Shown here: piece after piece, positions 12,310 to 24,300 of the stretch
Numbering within the stretch: position 1 is the stretch's first letter
How the letters are laid out: each line of letters starts with the position of its first letter
Assembly: GCA_004431415.1 (NCBI GenBank)
Contig: QPMI01000516.1
Span: 186,001-250,000, forward strand
Length of the DNA stretch: 64,000 nucleotides
DNA from: Cyanophora paradoxa CCMP329
Lineage: Eukaryota > Plantae > Glaucophyta
Direction of reading: 5' to 3'
Notes under the pieces: generated by a model
Databases searched by the model: none
Told to the model about the DNA's origin: nothing
What the model saw: the letters and a program-made list of their open reading frames with translations, nothing else
Made by a program: the position numbers and the translations under genes

Positions 12310-13345
12310 ACTCGCAGCCACGGATGCCAGTACCATGGACGCCGCCTCAGAAGCTGCACTCACGGCCTACGCTGGCGTCTGGCCCCGTGAGAGCAACCCG
12401 GCCTCACTAGCTGACGAAGCTGCCCGCACGCAGCGAGGGATAGCCCTCCGTCAACAAATTCACGCACTAGCTGACCGGCTGGGCACAACCGGCGTCGATA
12501 CTGACCAGGTGGCGAAACTTCGCGGCCTTGCAGACGCCATCCCGACCGACGGCAGCGACTTTTTCGTGGCCCCGTGTCCTGGCACAGTGAACAATAACAA
12601 AGGCGAGCTCCTCGCCGTCCTGTCCGCCCTGCTGCTCTCTCCCGAAGGCTGCACAGTGAAAACTGACAGCTTCACTGCAATGGCGGACTATTCCAAGTAC
12701 GTCTCGCATCGCGCCACCGCCACCCTTCGCAGCTGCATTCGAGCCTCGTACTCCCATCACCTTAAAGCGTATGCTGAGGTGCAGTGCATCCGGCTTGCAC
12801 TAGCAAGGGCCGTGGCACCCGACAGAATGCTATACGAAGAACGTCTTGTCAAAGTCAAAGCCCACCAGAAAGAATATATAACTCGGCGCCGCCCGCGCCC
12901 GGCTGCCGCCCCGCTGAAGTGGCCGACCACGACTCGGAATCAGACGCAGACTCATACGAATCCTACCTCTCTGACCGAGACCCGGTCGCTCCCGAACCTA
13001 CGGAGGCGGAACTGATAGCTCAATATGGCCCCGGCACGGGAGTATACGAAGGGCGCGCGAACCCGCTAACCGGCGCCTACAACTATATCTCCGAGCACCT
13101 TCGCGCGGGCACTGCCCACATCCACCGTCGGAACGCCCGCCGAGCCGTCCACCAAATGCAGCAAGCGTCTCGTGCCTCCAGGCGAGCAGAACGACAGAGG
13201 CGGCGCGAAGCCCGGGCTGCGCTAGGTCAGCATACACCAGGACTACCAAGCCTGCCCCTGCTGGTGGAAGAAGAACGGGTTCCAAACCGTGCATTTGATC
13301 GGGACAACGCACGAGCCGACCGCCTCGCCGCTGCGGCACTGGCTC
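12310..13345 (+). CDS. RNase H domain of ORF2, with two long insertions
   Basis: ATDAS (D), NNKGELLAVLSAL (E), VKTDS (D), LVKVKAH (H), NARADRLA (D). Confidence 0.85.
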
Positions 13346-13864
13346 TGCACCCCAGCGCAGACCTCTCCCGGCAGGCACTCGACGGCCGGGAACTTTCTTC
13401 CTGGGCTGACCCTGAGGAAGCAGCCTGGCAATCTGACCCCGAAGACCCGTCCCCGGCCGCAACAGTTGCATCAAAACGCGCGTGGCACGCCCGCCGGGAG
13501 CCGGTCTTTCCCCTGGCGGATTTGACATGGTCCTACTCTTTTCGCCCCCGCGCTGCTGGAACGAGAACTACGACACTCGTAGAGTTTACAGAGTTGAGTC
13601 TGACCCGCGAGCACACGTAAAAAATACGTGCGAATTTCGGAACTTCTCCCGTCTCCTTGCAACCGAAAAATGCCATTTGGGCAGTCCGGTCGACCGTGCG
13701 CGCCTCGCCCGCGAATACCGCAAGAAAGGGCTCTCCCGCGATGCATCGCACCCCCTGAATGCGAGGCTTGCTCAAATCACGAAATTCAGCTCCGGACTCG
13801 CACCCCTCATGGGTGAACGTGCCCGGGACGCTCCCCATCTCTATAGTGCAATAAATCCAAATGG

Positions 13865-14600
13865 ACTCTGTGTTCGCGCAGGCTGCGCGTCCGTGCTAGG
13901 CCCAGACGGCCGGCCCACCCCAGCCCCGCCATGGCAGCCGCCTGCGTCCGACCCCGAGGAAGACGGTGGGATCCGGAACGGCCCCAACGGCGACCCGGCC
14001 GCACGAGACGCACGCCAGGCACCGCGGCCCCCCCTATCGTTAGCGGGACGCCTGAAACCCACGACCACGCCTTTGGTCTCTGCCCAGCAACACGCACCCT
14101 CCGTATCGAAGCCCAAACTAAGATATTCAACCTATTGTACGAAACCATATCGTCTCAACGCCTAAAAACTGCAGTCGATGCGGCTGCAGCTGGCGACCCA
14201 GCCTACAAGCTGCCCCCGGCCCTGCGCCAGGACGGACTGTTGCTGCGCCAACTGTTCCGGCCTTTGCACTGGCTGACGATGCAAACTGGGGATGGTCAGA
14301 GCGTCAGCGCCAACGGCCGGCCCCCTTCCTTCGCACCTCACGCAGCCACTCTATGGCCTGCCCGATCAGTGGCAAAGCCTCGGCAGCAAACTCTTCGCCG
14401 ACCTTGCCTGCGATTCTCCCCGCCACACCGTCAGGCTCCTCCTTCCTCGTAGCCTCATCCCTGCCCTGATTTACTTAGATGTACGTAGACCGGCGGCGCT
14501 TAAATGCGCCAACGCAATTATGGCCACCATCATAGACTACACCCAAGCAATCTGGAAGGCTCGCAATAGCGAAGTCCAGTCCTGGCAACGCCGACACGGA
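13865..14600 (+). CDS. CCHC zinc knuckle and IWxxRN motif region of ORF2
   Basis: LCVRAGC ... ETHDHAFGLC (with Pro-rich insert and frameshift); later QAIWKARNSEVQSW, typical of L1-group ORF2 C-termini. Confidence 0.7.
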
Positions 14601-15090
14601 TTACTCGCCGCCAAACTCATGCACCTCGACCCTCGCGCCCTGCTGAGCCCTCACCGGCGAGGTCGATGCCAGCCAGGATTAGGGATGAGCCCACGAGCCC
14701 CTCGACCGTGGTGGCCCGGCCCCGCGTCGACGGATACCCAACGGCCAGCTCACCCTCTCATCAGACCTACAATTAGTCAGCCAGTCGCGCCGCTCTCGAA
14801 CCCGCGCTGCTCCCCAGCACCGTGGCCGGCCACGGCCCCCCTACAACAGCGATACCCGCAACGCCGGTGCCCCTACCGCCGCCCCGAGCTCGAGCCCGAG
14901 ACCTAGACCTGTAGCTAGGCCGGCAGCTGCTAACAGCATCACCAATATTAATGCCAGTAATGCAGGGTGGCCGGCTCCGCCGTCCCCACCTGCATTACGT
15001 GCCGCCTGGGCCCAAGTACGCCGCTCCCCTACCCGCGCTCTACCCAACAGCGCAGTCCGAGAGCTCCCGGCAGCCCGCAGCGGCCCCGCT

Positions 15091-15735
15091 GCACTGTTTG
15101 GCAGTGCCTCCGTATCGCTCCATGACCTAGCCACGCTGAACGGCTCGTCCTGGGTGAACGCCGACGTCATCAACTACTACCTTGCCCGACTAAACCTTCT
15201 TGCGAGCGGAGAAATTAACCCTCGCCGACGCGTCTTACTTTTCCCGCACACTTTCTACGCCGCTATTCCCAGACAATAACGCCGGCGGCAGCGCCCGCCT
15301 GCGCCGTCGCACCGCTGGGCGCGGAATTAATGTCTTTGACTATGACCTATTACTCTTCCCTATCCACACCCCGGGCCACTGGATCCTTGCAGCCCTCCAT
15401 CTCCGTGCTCGCCGTGCTGAACTATACGATGGATACAATCTCCCGGGCCCGAAGAGGCCCGCCGTCAACTCCTGCCCTCCTAAAATGGCTCAACATGGAG
15501 CGCGAATGCGCAGCCCTAGGCTCCTCGACCGGCGCCGACGACGCTCTCACCTGGCCCCTCCCTCAGCCACCCGATTCCCCATCCCGGCCCAAAACGATCG
15601 CTTCAACTGCGGGATTTTCGTCTGTGCCTTCGCCGAAATACTTGTCCGTGCTCTGGAACATGACCCACGGCCTACACACCCTCCTTCACGGGCACTGTGT
15701 CTAACTGCGCCACCTGGCGCGGCCTCATTCTTTCT
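15091..15735 (+). CDS. Ulp1/SENP-family (peptidase C48) cysteine protease domain at the C-terminus of ORF2
   Basis: DLATLNGSSWVNADVINYY; NVFDYDLLLFPIHTPGHWILAAL (His ~15377); ELYDG (Asp ~15428); PAQNDRFNCGIFVCAFAE (Gln ~15590, Cys ~15608). Confidence 0.9.
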
Positions 15736-17046
15736 CGGATTCTAGGCTCGCAGGCCTTGGATACGGAGGCGCCCACGAGCACCGCCTCCCAGCCCGAGCA
15801 GCCCCGGGCAATACCGGTGGCTGCGCTGGCCCCGGGAGAACTGCCACGGGATGCCCCCTCAGCTGCCGGTGCGGTTACGCTGCTGCCTCCCCGAAGCCCT
15901 GGCGCAGCACAAACGCAAAGGAAAATGTACCGCTCCAGTGTCGCCCCCCAAAACCAGCGAGACAGACCGCGCCCCCAAGATGAAGCCATTGCAGGCCCAT
16001 CCAGGCCCAAAATAGTCACGCCCGCACCGGAACCCCAATACCGGCCCCCGCTGAGCGCGCAGCCTACCCAAGGCCTGCGGCCCGGAACTCGCGAGCAGAC
16101 ATCCGCACCTTCTTCCAACCCGCCCGCGCCCGTCGGCCGTCAGCGACACCTCTATAGCTAGGCCCAGAGTCCAAAGGACAGTCCGCCAACGCAAGTGCCC
16201 CGCCTGACACACCAGTGGCACAAGCCGACGGCACGGCAACAGTGCGGACGCGACGCCCGCGCCTCCTTCGAGAAATTCAAGAGTCGGCGGGATTCCGTGC
16301 AGCCCGAGGCAATAATTCCGGACCCGGACCTCGCCCCCGCAGATCTAGAACAGCTGCAGCAGCTTCCGTCACCCCTGCTGCTGCTCATGGTCACGCCCAG
16401 CGGCGGGATGGAGCGTCGTCCGCAGCCGCATCAGCTGTGCCCGAGCCTCTTCCCGAACCTCAAGACCGGCCTCCCCCACAAGACCGGCCGCCGCCCCGCC
16501 CTCCCCACCGAAGAGGCCCGGCCTCACCCCAGCCTCCTCCCCGCACCCTCCCTCCTCCACCCTTCCTCTTCTCGAAACGGGCTCTCCAGCTCCACCCTCC
16601 CATCTCGCCCCTCCAGCAACCTGTCCCATCTGTTCCCTGTCGCTCCACCGACACCGCCACCTCCACCGCCTTCCACGCCCGCTCCTCTGTCCTGCACGGG
16701 AACACGCGAGGTACCACCGCGGAGATCTCCTCCTCTCTCTTCTCATCTTTGGGATCTCGCCGCTTGGCTTTAAACCCTGAGCCTGCCAGCCCAACAATCT
16801 CCCCGGCCCCAGCCCCCTGCCACCTCTCTACCCCACCCCATCGTGACCGGCCCTGGCCCGTCGCGGGGGGGAGGCTCCGAGAGAGCCGCCTCAAGGGTAG
16901 AGGGGGCGGGGCTCGCAATAGGGTATAGCCCTTGGGGCGCCTAGTCGGAGACCCAATAGTGGGGAGTAGACTAGGCTAAAGTATATTAGTTGGCCTAGGG
17001 TAGACCTAGGCCTAGGGTAGACAGAAAACGATGTTTTTTGTGTACC

Positions 17047-17095
17047 AGGGGCTCTGTCCCCTAATAAACTACGGAAAACTCAAAAAAAAAAAAAA
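17047..17095 (+). terminator. LINE 3' end: short hairpin, polyadenylation signal and poly(A) tail
   Basis: AGGGG-CTCTGT-CCCCT stem-loop, AATAAA 17063-17068, A14 17082-17095. Confidence 0.8.
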
Positions 17096-17289
17096 GCGCG
17101 GCGGGCCGGGCATCTCGCCGGCTCGGGGCCTCGGGCCAGAGAGTCACGGCGTGACTGTGAGAACTTCACATCACAAACTCACACTGGCAGTGCAATACAT
17201 ACGCCGCACTGCCGCGGTGGCAGGCTGGCAGCGGCGGTGCGAGGCAGTGAGAACTGCGCTGCTTACTAGTAGCTATATACTCTATTATA

Positions 17290-17506
17290 CTGTAGAACTG
17301 GTTAATTTAGTACAGGAAAATAATTAGTACTTCGCCAAAACTGCCACTTTAGCAGCTGGTGAATTTTTAGTAGATCAGTCTTCGACCCGGGGACGGTGCT
17401 ACCCCTAAGAATTCTCGGCTTTAGCTAGCGAGAAATATTTAGTAGATCGCCCAAAAACATTTAGTACTATAAATATGCAGCCCACTAAACATTTCTAGCT
17501 CTCCAG
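17290..17506. mobile_element. Possible MITE (imperfect TIRs, TA flanks)
   Basis: AT-rich 217 bp; left CTGTAGAACTGG..TTTAGT vs reverse complement of right end CTGGAGAGCTAG..TTTAGT; TA on both sides. Confidence 0.35.
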
Positions 17507-17570
17507 TAGTCTGCCGGCGCATGCGCAGTGCCAGCTGAATGGCGGGATAATCGATTACTGCAGTAATCCA

Positions 17571-17874
17571 GGATCAGGAGACAGAGAAAGGTGATTGGAG
17601 CATAGCACTGGGCTTTCATGTACCCGGGCATAGTAAGTTCGAACACAGCTCAAGTGGAAAGCCGGGTAGTCGCCGACTAGTCGGCGGGTACGCGTCAAAT
17701 TGAAACAGTTGAGTTCAAATTGCTTACTACCCGGTAGTAGGGCCGGTACGGCGAGTCGAGTCAAAAAGCCCCGGCACTCTAAAGTTAAAGAGTCTAAACT
17801 CGGGCGACTCGGGCCCCCTGCTTGTAGAATTCGAAGCGCCGGCGCGGGATCAGGAGACAGAGAGAGGTGATTGG
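17571..17874. repeat. 28-bp direct repeats flanking ~250 bp
   Basis: GGATCAGGAGACAGAGA(A/G)AGGTGATTGG at 17571-17598 and 17847-17874. Confidence 0.85.
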
Positions 17875-18358
17875 CCAAGGGCCATGTCGCTAGCTACCGT
17901 GGAGGAGGAAAATACTGGCCCTATTACTGGGCCGGAAATTAGTGGGCCCGCCTGCGGGACAGGAGCGCTGGCCCAGTGGCCGCTCTGAACGTGCCTGAAG
18001 GCGTTGTAACACGAATATGTAATTTTATTTCAAGTGTATTCGCGAGACAACACCGTCAGTGTCCGTCACAGGCTCACAGCTCACGGGCGATGACCGTCGG
18101 ACGAGGCTCCAGCTTTATGGTTGAGTAACGAATCATTTAATCTAGTTACCGTACTACAACAGTCTACAAGCAACGAATTCGTTACTCTAGTTACTTAAAA
18201 GAAAAAATTCGAAAGATCAAACGCCGAAATTTAAAGGGCGAAAATGCGAAACTGACTTATCTGCTAATCAAGTAATTGTGCGAGCGAACCGCGCGCTAGC
18301 GCTCTTACTTAGTTGAACCTAAATCTAAGAAATTGTCGCAGAGTCGCGCGCGGGGCGC

Positions 18359-21300
18359 CTACACGCGGCGCAGCGCGAACAGGGCGGCCAGGGCCGCGGC
18401 GAGGACCGCGACGACCGAGTAGGCAGGGCGGGCGGCCGCCGCGGCGCTGTTTAGGTACGGGCTTGCGAGGTCGACGGGGGCGGCCATCGGGTAAAGCCCG
18501 AAGAGCGGGTTGCTCCCGAGCGCGGTCTGACGGCCGAGGCACGTGAGCCGTACGTGCGTTATGCGAGGGCGGGGACGGACCGCGAGGTAGTTGCTGAGGC
18601 ACTGGCCGTAGGAGGGGCCGGGTGCGCACGGGCTCGTCTGGGCCAGGCGCCGGTGCGAGGCGAGGAGGGCCCGGCGGGTGATGTTCGCCGGGGCGGCCGC
18701 CGGCGTCGGCGTGGCGACGGCGGGGGCGGGGGCGGGGGCGGGGGCCGTCGCATTGTTCCCGGGCGTAGTAACGTTCCCGGCGGGCGCGGTGGTGTTGCCG
18801 GCGGGCGCGGTGACGTTGCCGGCGGGCATGGACGCGTCTCCCGCCGGCGGCGGCGCCGACGACGCCGACGCCGTCGAGTTGGAGTCGTCGGGATCGGCCG
18901 CCTCGGGCAGGTAGAGGCCGCCGTCGGAGGTGTCGTTGGCGGGCATGCCCAGCACGACGCGGATCACGATGCTGCGCGGAAATCGCGTCAGATTTCAGCG
19001 TACGCGTCTGATCAGCCGAAGCTATTCTATATTCGACGGCGGGCGAGCGCCGTGGTCGGCCGTGTATGTACCCCTCGGTGGGCGAGCAGGTGACGTTGGC
19101 GACGTGGAGCGACGTGCGGGAGACGCCGGGGACCGTCGTGTTGAGGATGCGGAAGAGCTCGCCTGAGGCAGGGGCGGCGGAGGCGAGCAGCGGCAGTCAG
19201 ATCAGATCAGATCAGATCAGCGGCGCCCGCGCCCAATGCGAAACGGAAGCACCGGCGATGGAGTACTCGACGACAGCACCGTCGAAGTCGACGTCGTCGT
19301 CGTTGGCGAGGTAGCCGTCCGTGATGTTCTGCGTCGACGGCGACATCAACGGCATTGTTAACGGCGAATGTAAGCCGCGTATTAATGTCGCCTGCGTATT
19401 AAAATATACTACGCGGCTTTAGACTTTCCGCAACGTTAGCGCTGCTAAATTTTATGCGCTGTTAAGGAGAAGGCGAAGGGTGACGGTTGTTGACGGACCG
19501 CGCAGGCGGCATAGGAGGGAATGACGAAGCGGCGGGTGGTGGGCAGCTGGGGGACGAGGGTTTGCCCCGAGACGAAGGCCAGGTCCTCGTCGCGCACGAA
19601 GGAGCGCGTGACCTGCCGCGCCGCCGCTCACGTCAGCCATCGCGGACGTTGATGGACATAAACGTAAACGATAAGGAGGAGGCTCAAGGGGCTAAAAGAA
19701 GACAACTCCGACGCTAAAATCAAACCTCGGATCCGCCCACGATATCGTTCGCGAATTGGAATTCCGTGAAAGAGGCACCTGCTTGGAGGAGCCCTCGCCG
19801 ATCGCGACGATGCGGAGGCCGTCGACCTGCGCCGGGCGCGAGGCATCGGATGAAGCGCAAGATTCCAAGATTTTAACGAAATGACACGAGCAGTTTTGTT
19901 CAAAGTTTGTTATGTTTCACCAATCGCAATGAAATGTTATGTTAAGATGTGGTTCTATAGCTTCTTCAGATAAGACTTTATTTATTCGGTTCTACAGCGA
20001 GTTTCCGCACCTCGAGCTTTCCGGCCTCGATGAAGGCCTTGAGGTCCTTGTAGATGCCGTCGGCCTTCTGGCTGTCCGCGAGCGAGGCGACGTCGCCAGA
20101 GGACATGTCGTCCAGGATCTCGACGTCCACGCGGCCCCGGCCGTCCTTGTCGCACTTGTAGTGCTTGCCTGCGCATGCGGCGCCGGCGACGCCCGCCGTT
20201 AGACATAATCATCTTAAGCGTGGTGCTTAAGCTTTTGTAAACATCATATATTTATTATTAAGTTACACGGCGTGTTGTCTCACATATATATCGCGCCCCG
20301 TTGTCTTAGCTTAAGCTAGCGCTTGCAGCGTAGCGCTCACCGGCGCGGATGGTGGTGTAGTAGACGGGGTCGGTGCGGAGGGCGTTGAACGCCAGGACGA
20401 GCTTCTTGAGGAAGCCGGCGCGCGCCGCCTTCCAGTTGCCCCTGCGCACCACCTTGCACTGCGCGAAGAAGAAGGTAAAGCATAGATAGGTAGGTAAAGC
20501 GCCGGGGCGCGATTTTTTAAAGCATGGCTAGCGCACGGCGGCCTCGTCGGCGTGCTGGATGAAGAGGCGGGACTTGATCGAGTTGACCTTGAACTCGGCC
20601 CCGCGCACGAAGACGACGAGCATGTCTGCGGGGCGAGCGAAACACACTCTGAGTCAGTCTTGGATACCAGCTGCAGAGCGCCCGGCGGCGCCCGATCCGT
20701 CGAACTTCAGAGAAAGAGTTTCAAGTTTCAAGACAGTCAAACTCTAGAAGGGCGGCGCACTGAGCGCGTCGTCGAACTTGATGCGGAGCGACTTGAGGCG
20801 GCCCTTGCCCCCGAAGGCCGACGCGAAGTTGGCGAGGAGGAAGCCGCGCTTCGAGTCCGCCGCCAGTTTCTGCGCGCGGCGGGGACGTTGAGCGGGGACG
20901 TCTTTCTTTGCTGTATCTTGGCCGAGCTTTAGCTTTGTTTACTGTATCTAAGGTTGAGCTCAAGCTTTATTTGCTGCATCTTGGCCAAGCTGCGCGCGCG
21001 GCGGGGACCTTGAGCTCGAGCTTTATTCAATTTGCTGATCTTTGGCCGAGCTCTAGCTTTATTTACTTCATCAGCTGTAGCTTTATTTGCTGGATCTTAA
21101 GCTCGAGCTCGTGACCTTGACTATGAGCTCGAGCTCTCTTTGCTGTATCTTAGCTTAAAGCTTGAGCTTAAGCTATTTGCTATGCCTTGACCAAGCTGAA
21201 GCTTGAGCTTGAGCTTAAGCGCTCACCGCGAGGGACTTGCAGAGGGCCCTGACGGCCTTGTCGCTGCTCTTGCAGACGAGGCCGAGCGCGGCGCCGCAGC

Positions 21301-24300
21301 CGCGGCCGTCGCGGCCCCCGCAGGCGCTCCCGAGCAGCTTCTCCTGGATCGCCTTGCACGCGTCGGCGTTGGCGCTGGCGCCCGAGCACGCGGCCGCGGC
21401 GCCGGCCTGCTGCTTCGCGAGGCAGGCGGCGTCCCCCGCCGTGCAGTTCAGGTTGATCGCGTCCTTGATCGCAGCCTCCGCCGCCGCCGAGGAGTTCGAC
21501 GAGTTGCCGCCGGCGCCGGGGATCACGAGCTGGCGCAGGACGCGCTGGACGGGCGAGACGCTGACGACCTTGCCGCCCGCCAGCGTCGAGATGCTCGCGT
21601 TGACGAGGGCGGCCCGGACGGCGTCCGGGAGCGGCGCATTCACGTTCGCCGCGTCGTACGTAACGCGGAGCGGGACGACGGCGATGTAGGACGACGAGTT
21701 CGCGGTGCCCTGCAGCAGGCGGCGGCCCGTGGCAGAGTTGGAAGAGTTGGCAGAGTCGGACGGTGCCGGCGAAGGCGAGGAAGGCGTCTCGGCGGGCTTG
21801 GGGACGCAGCGGCGCTCGCCGACGGCGATCTGGTTCGCGGCGAGCTCGCCCATACCCTCGCCCGCCGCCTGCTGCACGCCCTCCTGGACGCTCGCCTGCA
21901 CGCGAGGGTACGGTCGACGTTACGACTCCATTGTTGTACGGATGTGCTAATTTATAATGCAAACAAACAAATCAGAGGGGACGCTCGCCTGCACGACCGC
22001 GTCGTTTGCCTTGAGCGACTCCTCGCACGCCTTGGCCGAGTCGAACTCGACGTAGACGTTGACGGCCTCGGGCCGCCGCTCGGGAATGGCGGCGGGCGCT
22101 CCGTCCTCGCTGCCGCGGGCCTGGGCGGCCTGGACGCGCTCCGCGAGGGCCGGGGTGAGGGCGCGCGGGTTGAGGCGGCACCCGGCGTTGGTCCCGCCTG
22201 GCACGGCCCGGGCAGGCCCGGTCATGGCCCGGCGGGAGCGGAGGGCGCGGGCGCGCACTGGTGGCGTCCGCGCGGGTCTGGACGGCGGCGGTGCACTCCA
22301 GGCCCAGCATGTCGAGGGCCTCGGGCAGGGAGTCAAGGTCCATCTGCGGGCAAGGGCGCCCGCGGCCCGCCCGTTAATACCCGCGAGCGCGCGTGGAGCA
22401 CTGGAAAGACACCGCAAGATCTATAGTCTGCTTGAATAAATGGCGCACCACGGTGGCGAGCGCGGATTCGCCGCCGGCGGCCGCGGCGGCCTTGTCGAGC
22501 CTTGCGGTGACCTTGCTCACGAAGCTGCGGGGCCGGACGGAGCGGGGCGGGGCGTCGTGAGGGGCGGAGCCGCGGGGCCGAGGGCGGTGGGGCGCGGCGA
22601 AGGGAGGGAGGGGGGGAAAGGGGGGGGGGGGGGACCTGGGGCACGAGAGTGTCCACCAGATTGCGAGCGTGCTGTCCTGCGCGCCCGGGCTCAGATCAAT
22701 TTCGCCTTGAGGCCTGACAGATCCCGAGGGGGGGAAGGAGCCGGCGCGGGCCGCGCGATCAACGCTGGCTACCATTTTCCGTCAACGGCATTATTTTAAA
22801 TATTTATCTTTATCAGCATTATCAGACCACGCACGTGCGCGCGCACGCACCGACCACCTGAGAATCCTCTCGCAGCTCGGATTGGCCACGTTCTGGTAGA
22901 TCTGCGGGCGGGCGGGGAAAGGGGAGGGGGAGGGTACCGGCCTCATGATCAGGCTCGCAAGGCTCAGACGGGCGCCGCCGGCCGGCGCGGGCTCATATGA
23001 TCATCTCCGCTGAGCTGAGCGGAGCAGACGGACCGTGCTGACGTCCTTGCAGGTCTCGTAGGCGACGCGGCGCGGGTTCCCGTGCTCCGGGTCCGAAAAC
23101 ACCCACGTCATGAAGAGGCTGAGTGAGGGGCGGTGATCATAAGTTCTTAGAGTGGCGGGGGCGGGGCTGGGGGTGGGGTTTGTAGGAACAGAACACCCGC
23201 GCACCCCGTGAACCGGACCTTGGCGTCCGGCGTAAAGGCCGCGGGGCTGTCCGGGAAGAACGCTTTCGTGACAGCGCCCACGGCCTCGGCGTCGGCGTTT
23301 CTGAAGGGCGAGAGCTGGGCGCAGTACGCGGCCGGCAGGCGGCTCAGGAGGGTCCCGTTGAGCGAAGTGTAGAGCTTCGCGGCGACGCTGGTGCAGGCGT
23401 CGCAGGCGAGGTCCATGAGGGTCGGGGGCGCCAGGCCGGCGGCCGCCGCGGCCTCGCGCGGTGTCGGGCCCGTGGGCTCCGACTCCGCTTCGCCCTCGGC
23501 TTCGTCCGCAGCGTCATCGGCCTCCTCCAGCACTTTGGCGCGGACGGACGGGGTGCGCGTGGTGGTCCGCGCGATCGTTCTCGTCTGTTGGAGGCGCCGA
23601 GGGCGGCCCGAGGAGGAGGAGGAGGAGGAGGCCGCGGCCGTCTCGGGCGCCGGCGCCGGCACCGGCGTCGGCTCTGCGGCACCAATGCCGGCGGCCGCGC
23701 CACGCGCGGCGGCGGCGGCGGCGGCGGCGGCCTTGGCGCGCTCCAGTGCGGCCACCTCCTCGTCCAGCTTCGCCCCCGCAGCGACCGCACCAGCGACTCG
23801 TACTTGGGGCCCTGCGCGCGCCCCGCCCCGGCCCGCCCCGCCCCGGACCCGCGTGAGCACTCGCGGTCGGGCCCGGCCGGGCCGGGCCGGGGCGGGCCGG
23901 GCCCGGAAGGGAAGAAGCCGAGCTTCGGAAATGGCGCCGAGCTTCGTAAATGGCGAAGAACCCGGCAGGGGGAGAAGGAGGCGTTGGAAATGGAAAAGAA
24001 TCTAAGAGTTCGAAATGGGGAAGACTCAAAGCCGAGCTCGCCTCGTAGGCGGAGGCGTTGGCCGAGTCGATGAACTCCTGCAGCCGCTGCCGCAGGGCGT
24101 TCACGAATGCCGCCTCGTCGACGCCGCTCGCGAGGCCGAGCAGCACGTCGCCCCGCGCCGACCCGTTCTCCGCGAAGTCAAAGTCCGCCCCCGAGAGGCG
24201 CACCTGCCGCGAGATCCTGTCGGGAGAGGGATTGCATGCGGCCGGGGATGCCCTTTGGCTATCGCAAATGTATGAATCACTATTCTCGTATGGAGCCTGT

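Larger units (their letters stand above)
7540..16773 (+). pseudogene. LINE ORF2 polyprotein (~3000 aa once frameshifts are corrected); appears broken by many 1-nt indels
   Basis: Consecutive overlapping + frames (7762, 8726, 9124, 9939, 11399, 12784, 13482, 13931, 14292, 15200, 15697, 16195) carry successive domains; start and end approximate. Confidence 0.8.
1..17095 (+). mobile_element. Large non-LTR retrotransposon (L1-group/Proto1-like architecture: ORF1; ORF2 APE-RT-RNaseH-CCHC-Ulp1); 5' end uncertain
   Basis: APE, RT, RNase H and zinc-knuckle motifs in LINE order on the + strand; AATAAA at 17063-17068; A14 at 17082-17095; no introns evident, unlike host genes. Whether the tandem array belongs to the element is inferred. 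Confidence 0.9.

Noticed and set aside
14090-14700. Restriction-like endonuclease (Dualen/RandI identity)
   Set aside because: No RH..PD..D..K motif seen after the zinc knuckle; IWxxRN is present instead.
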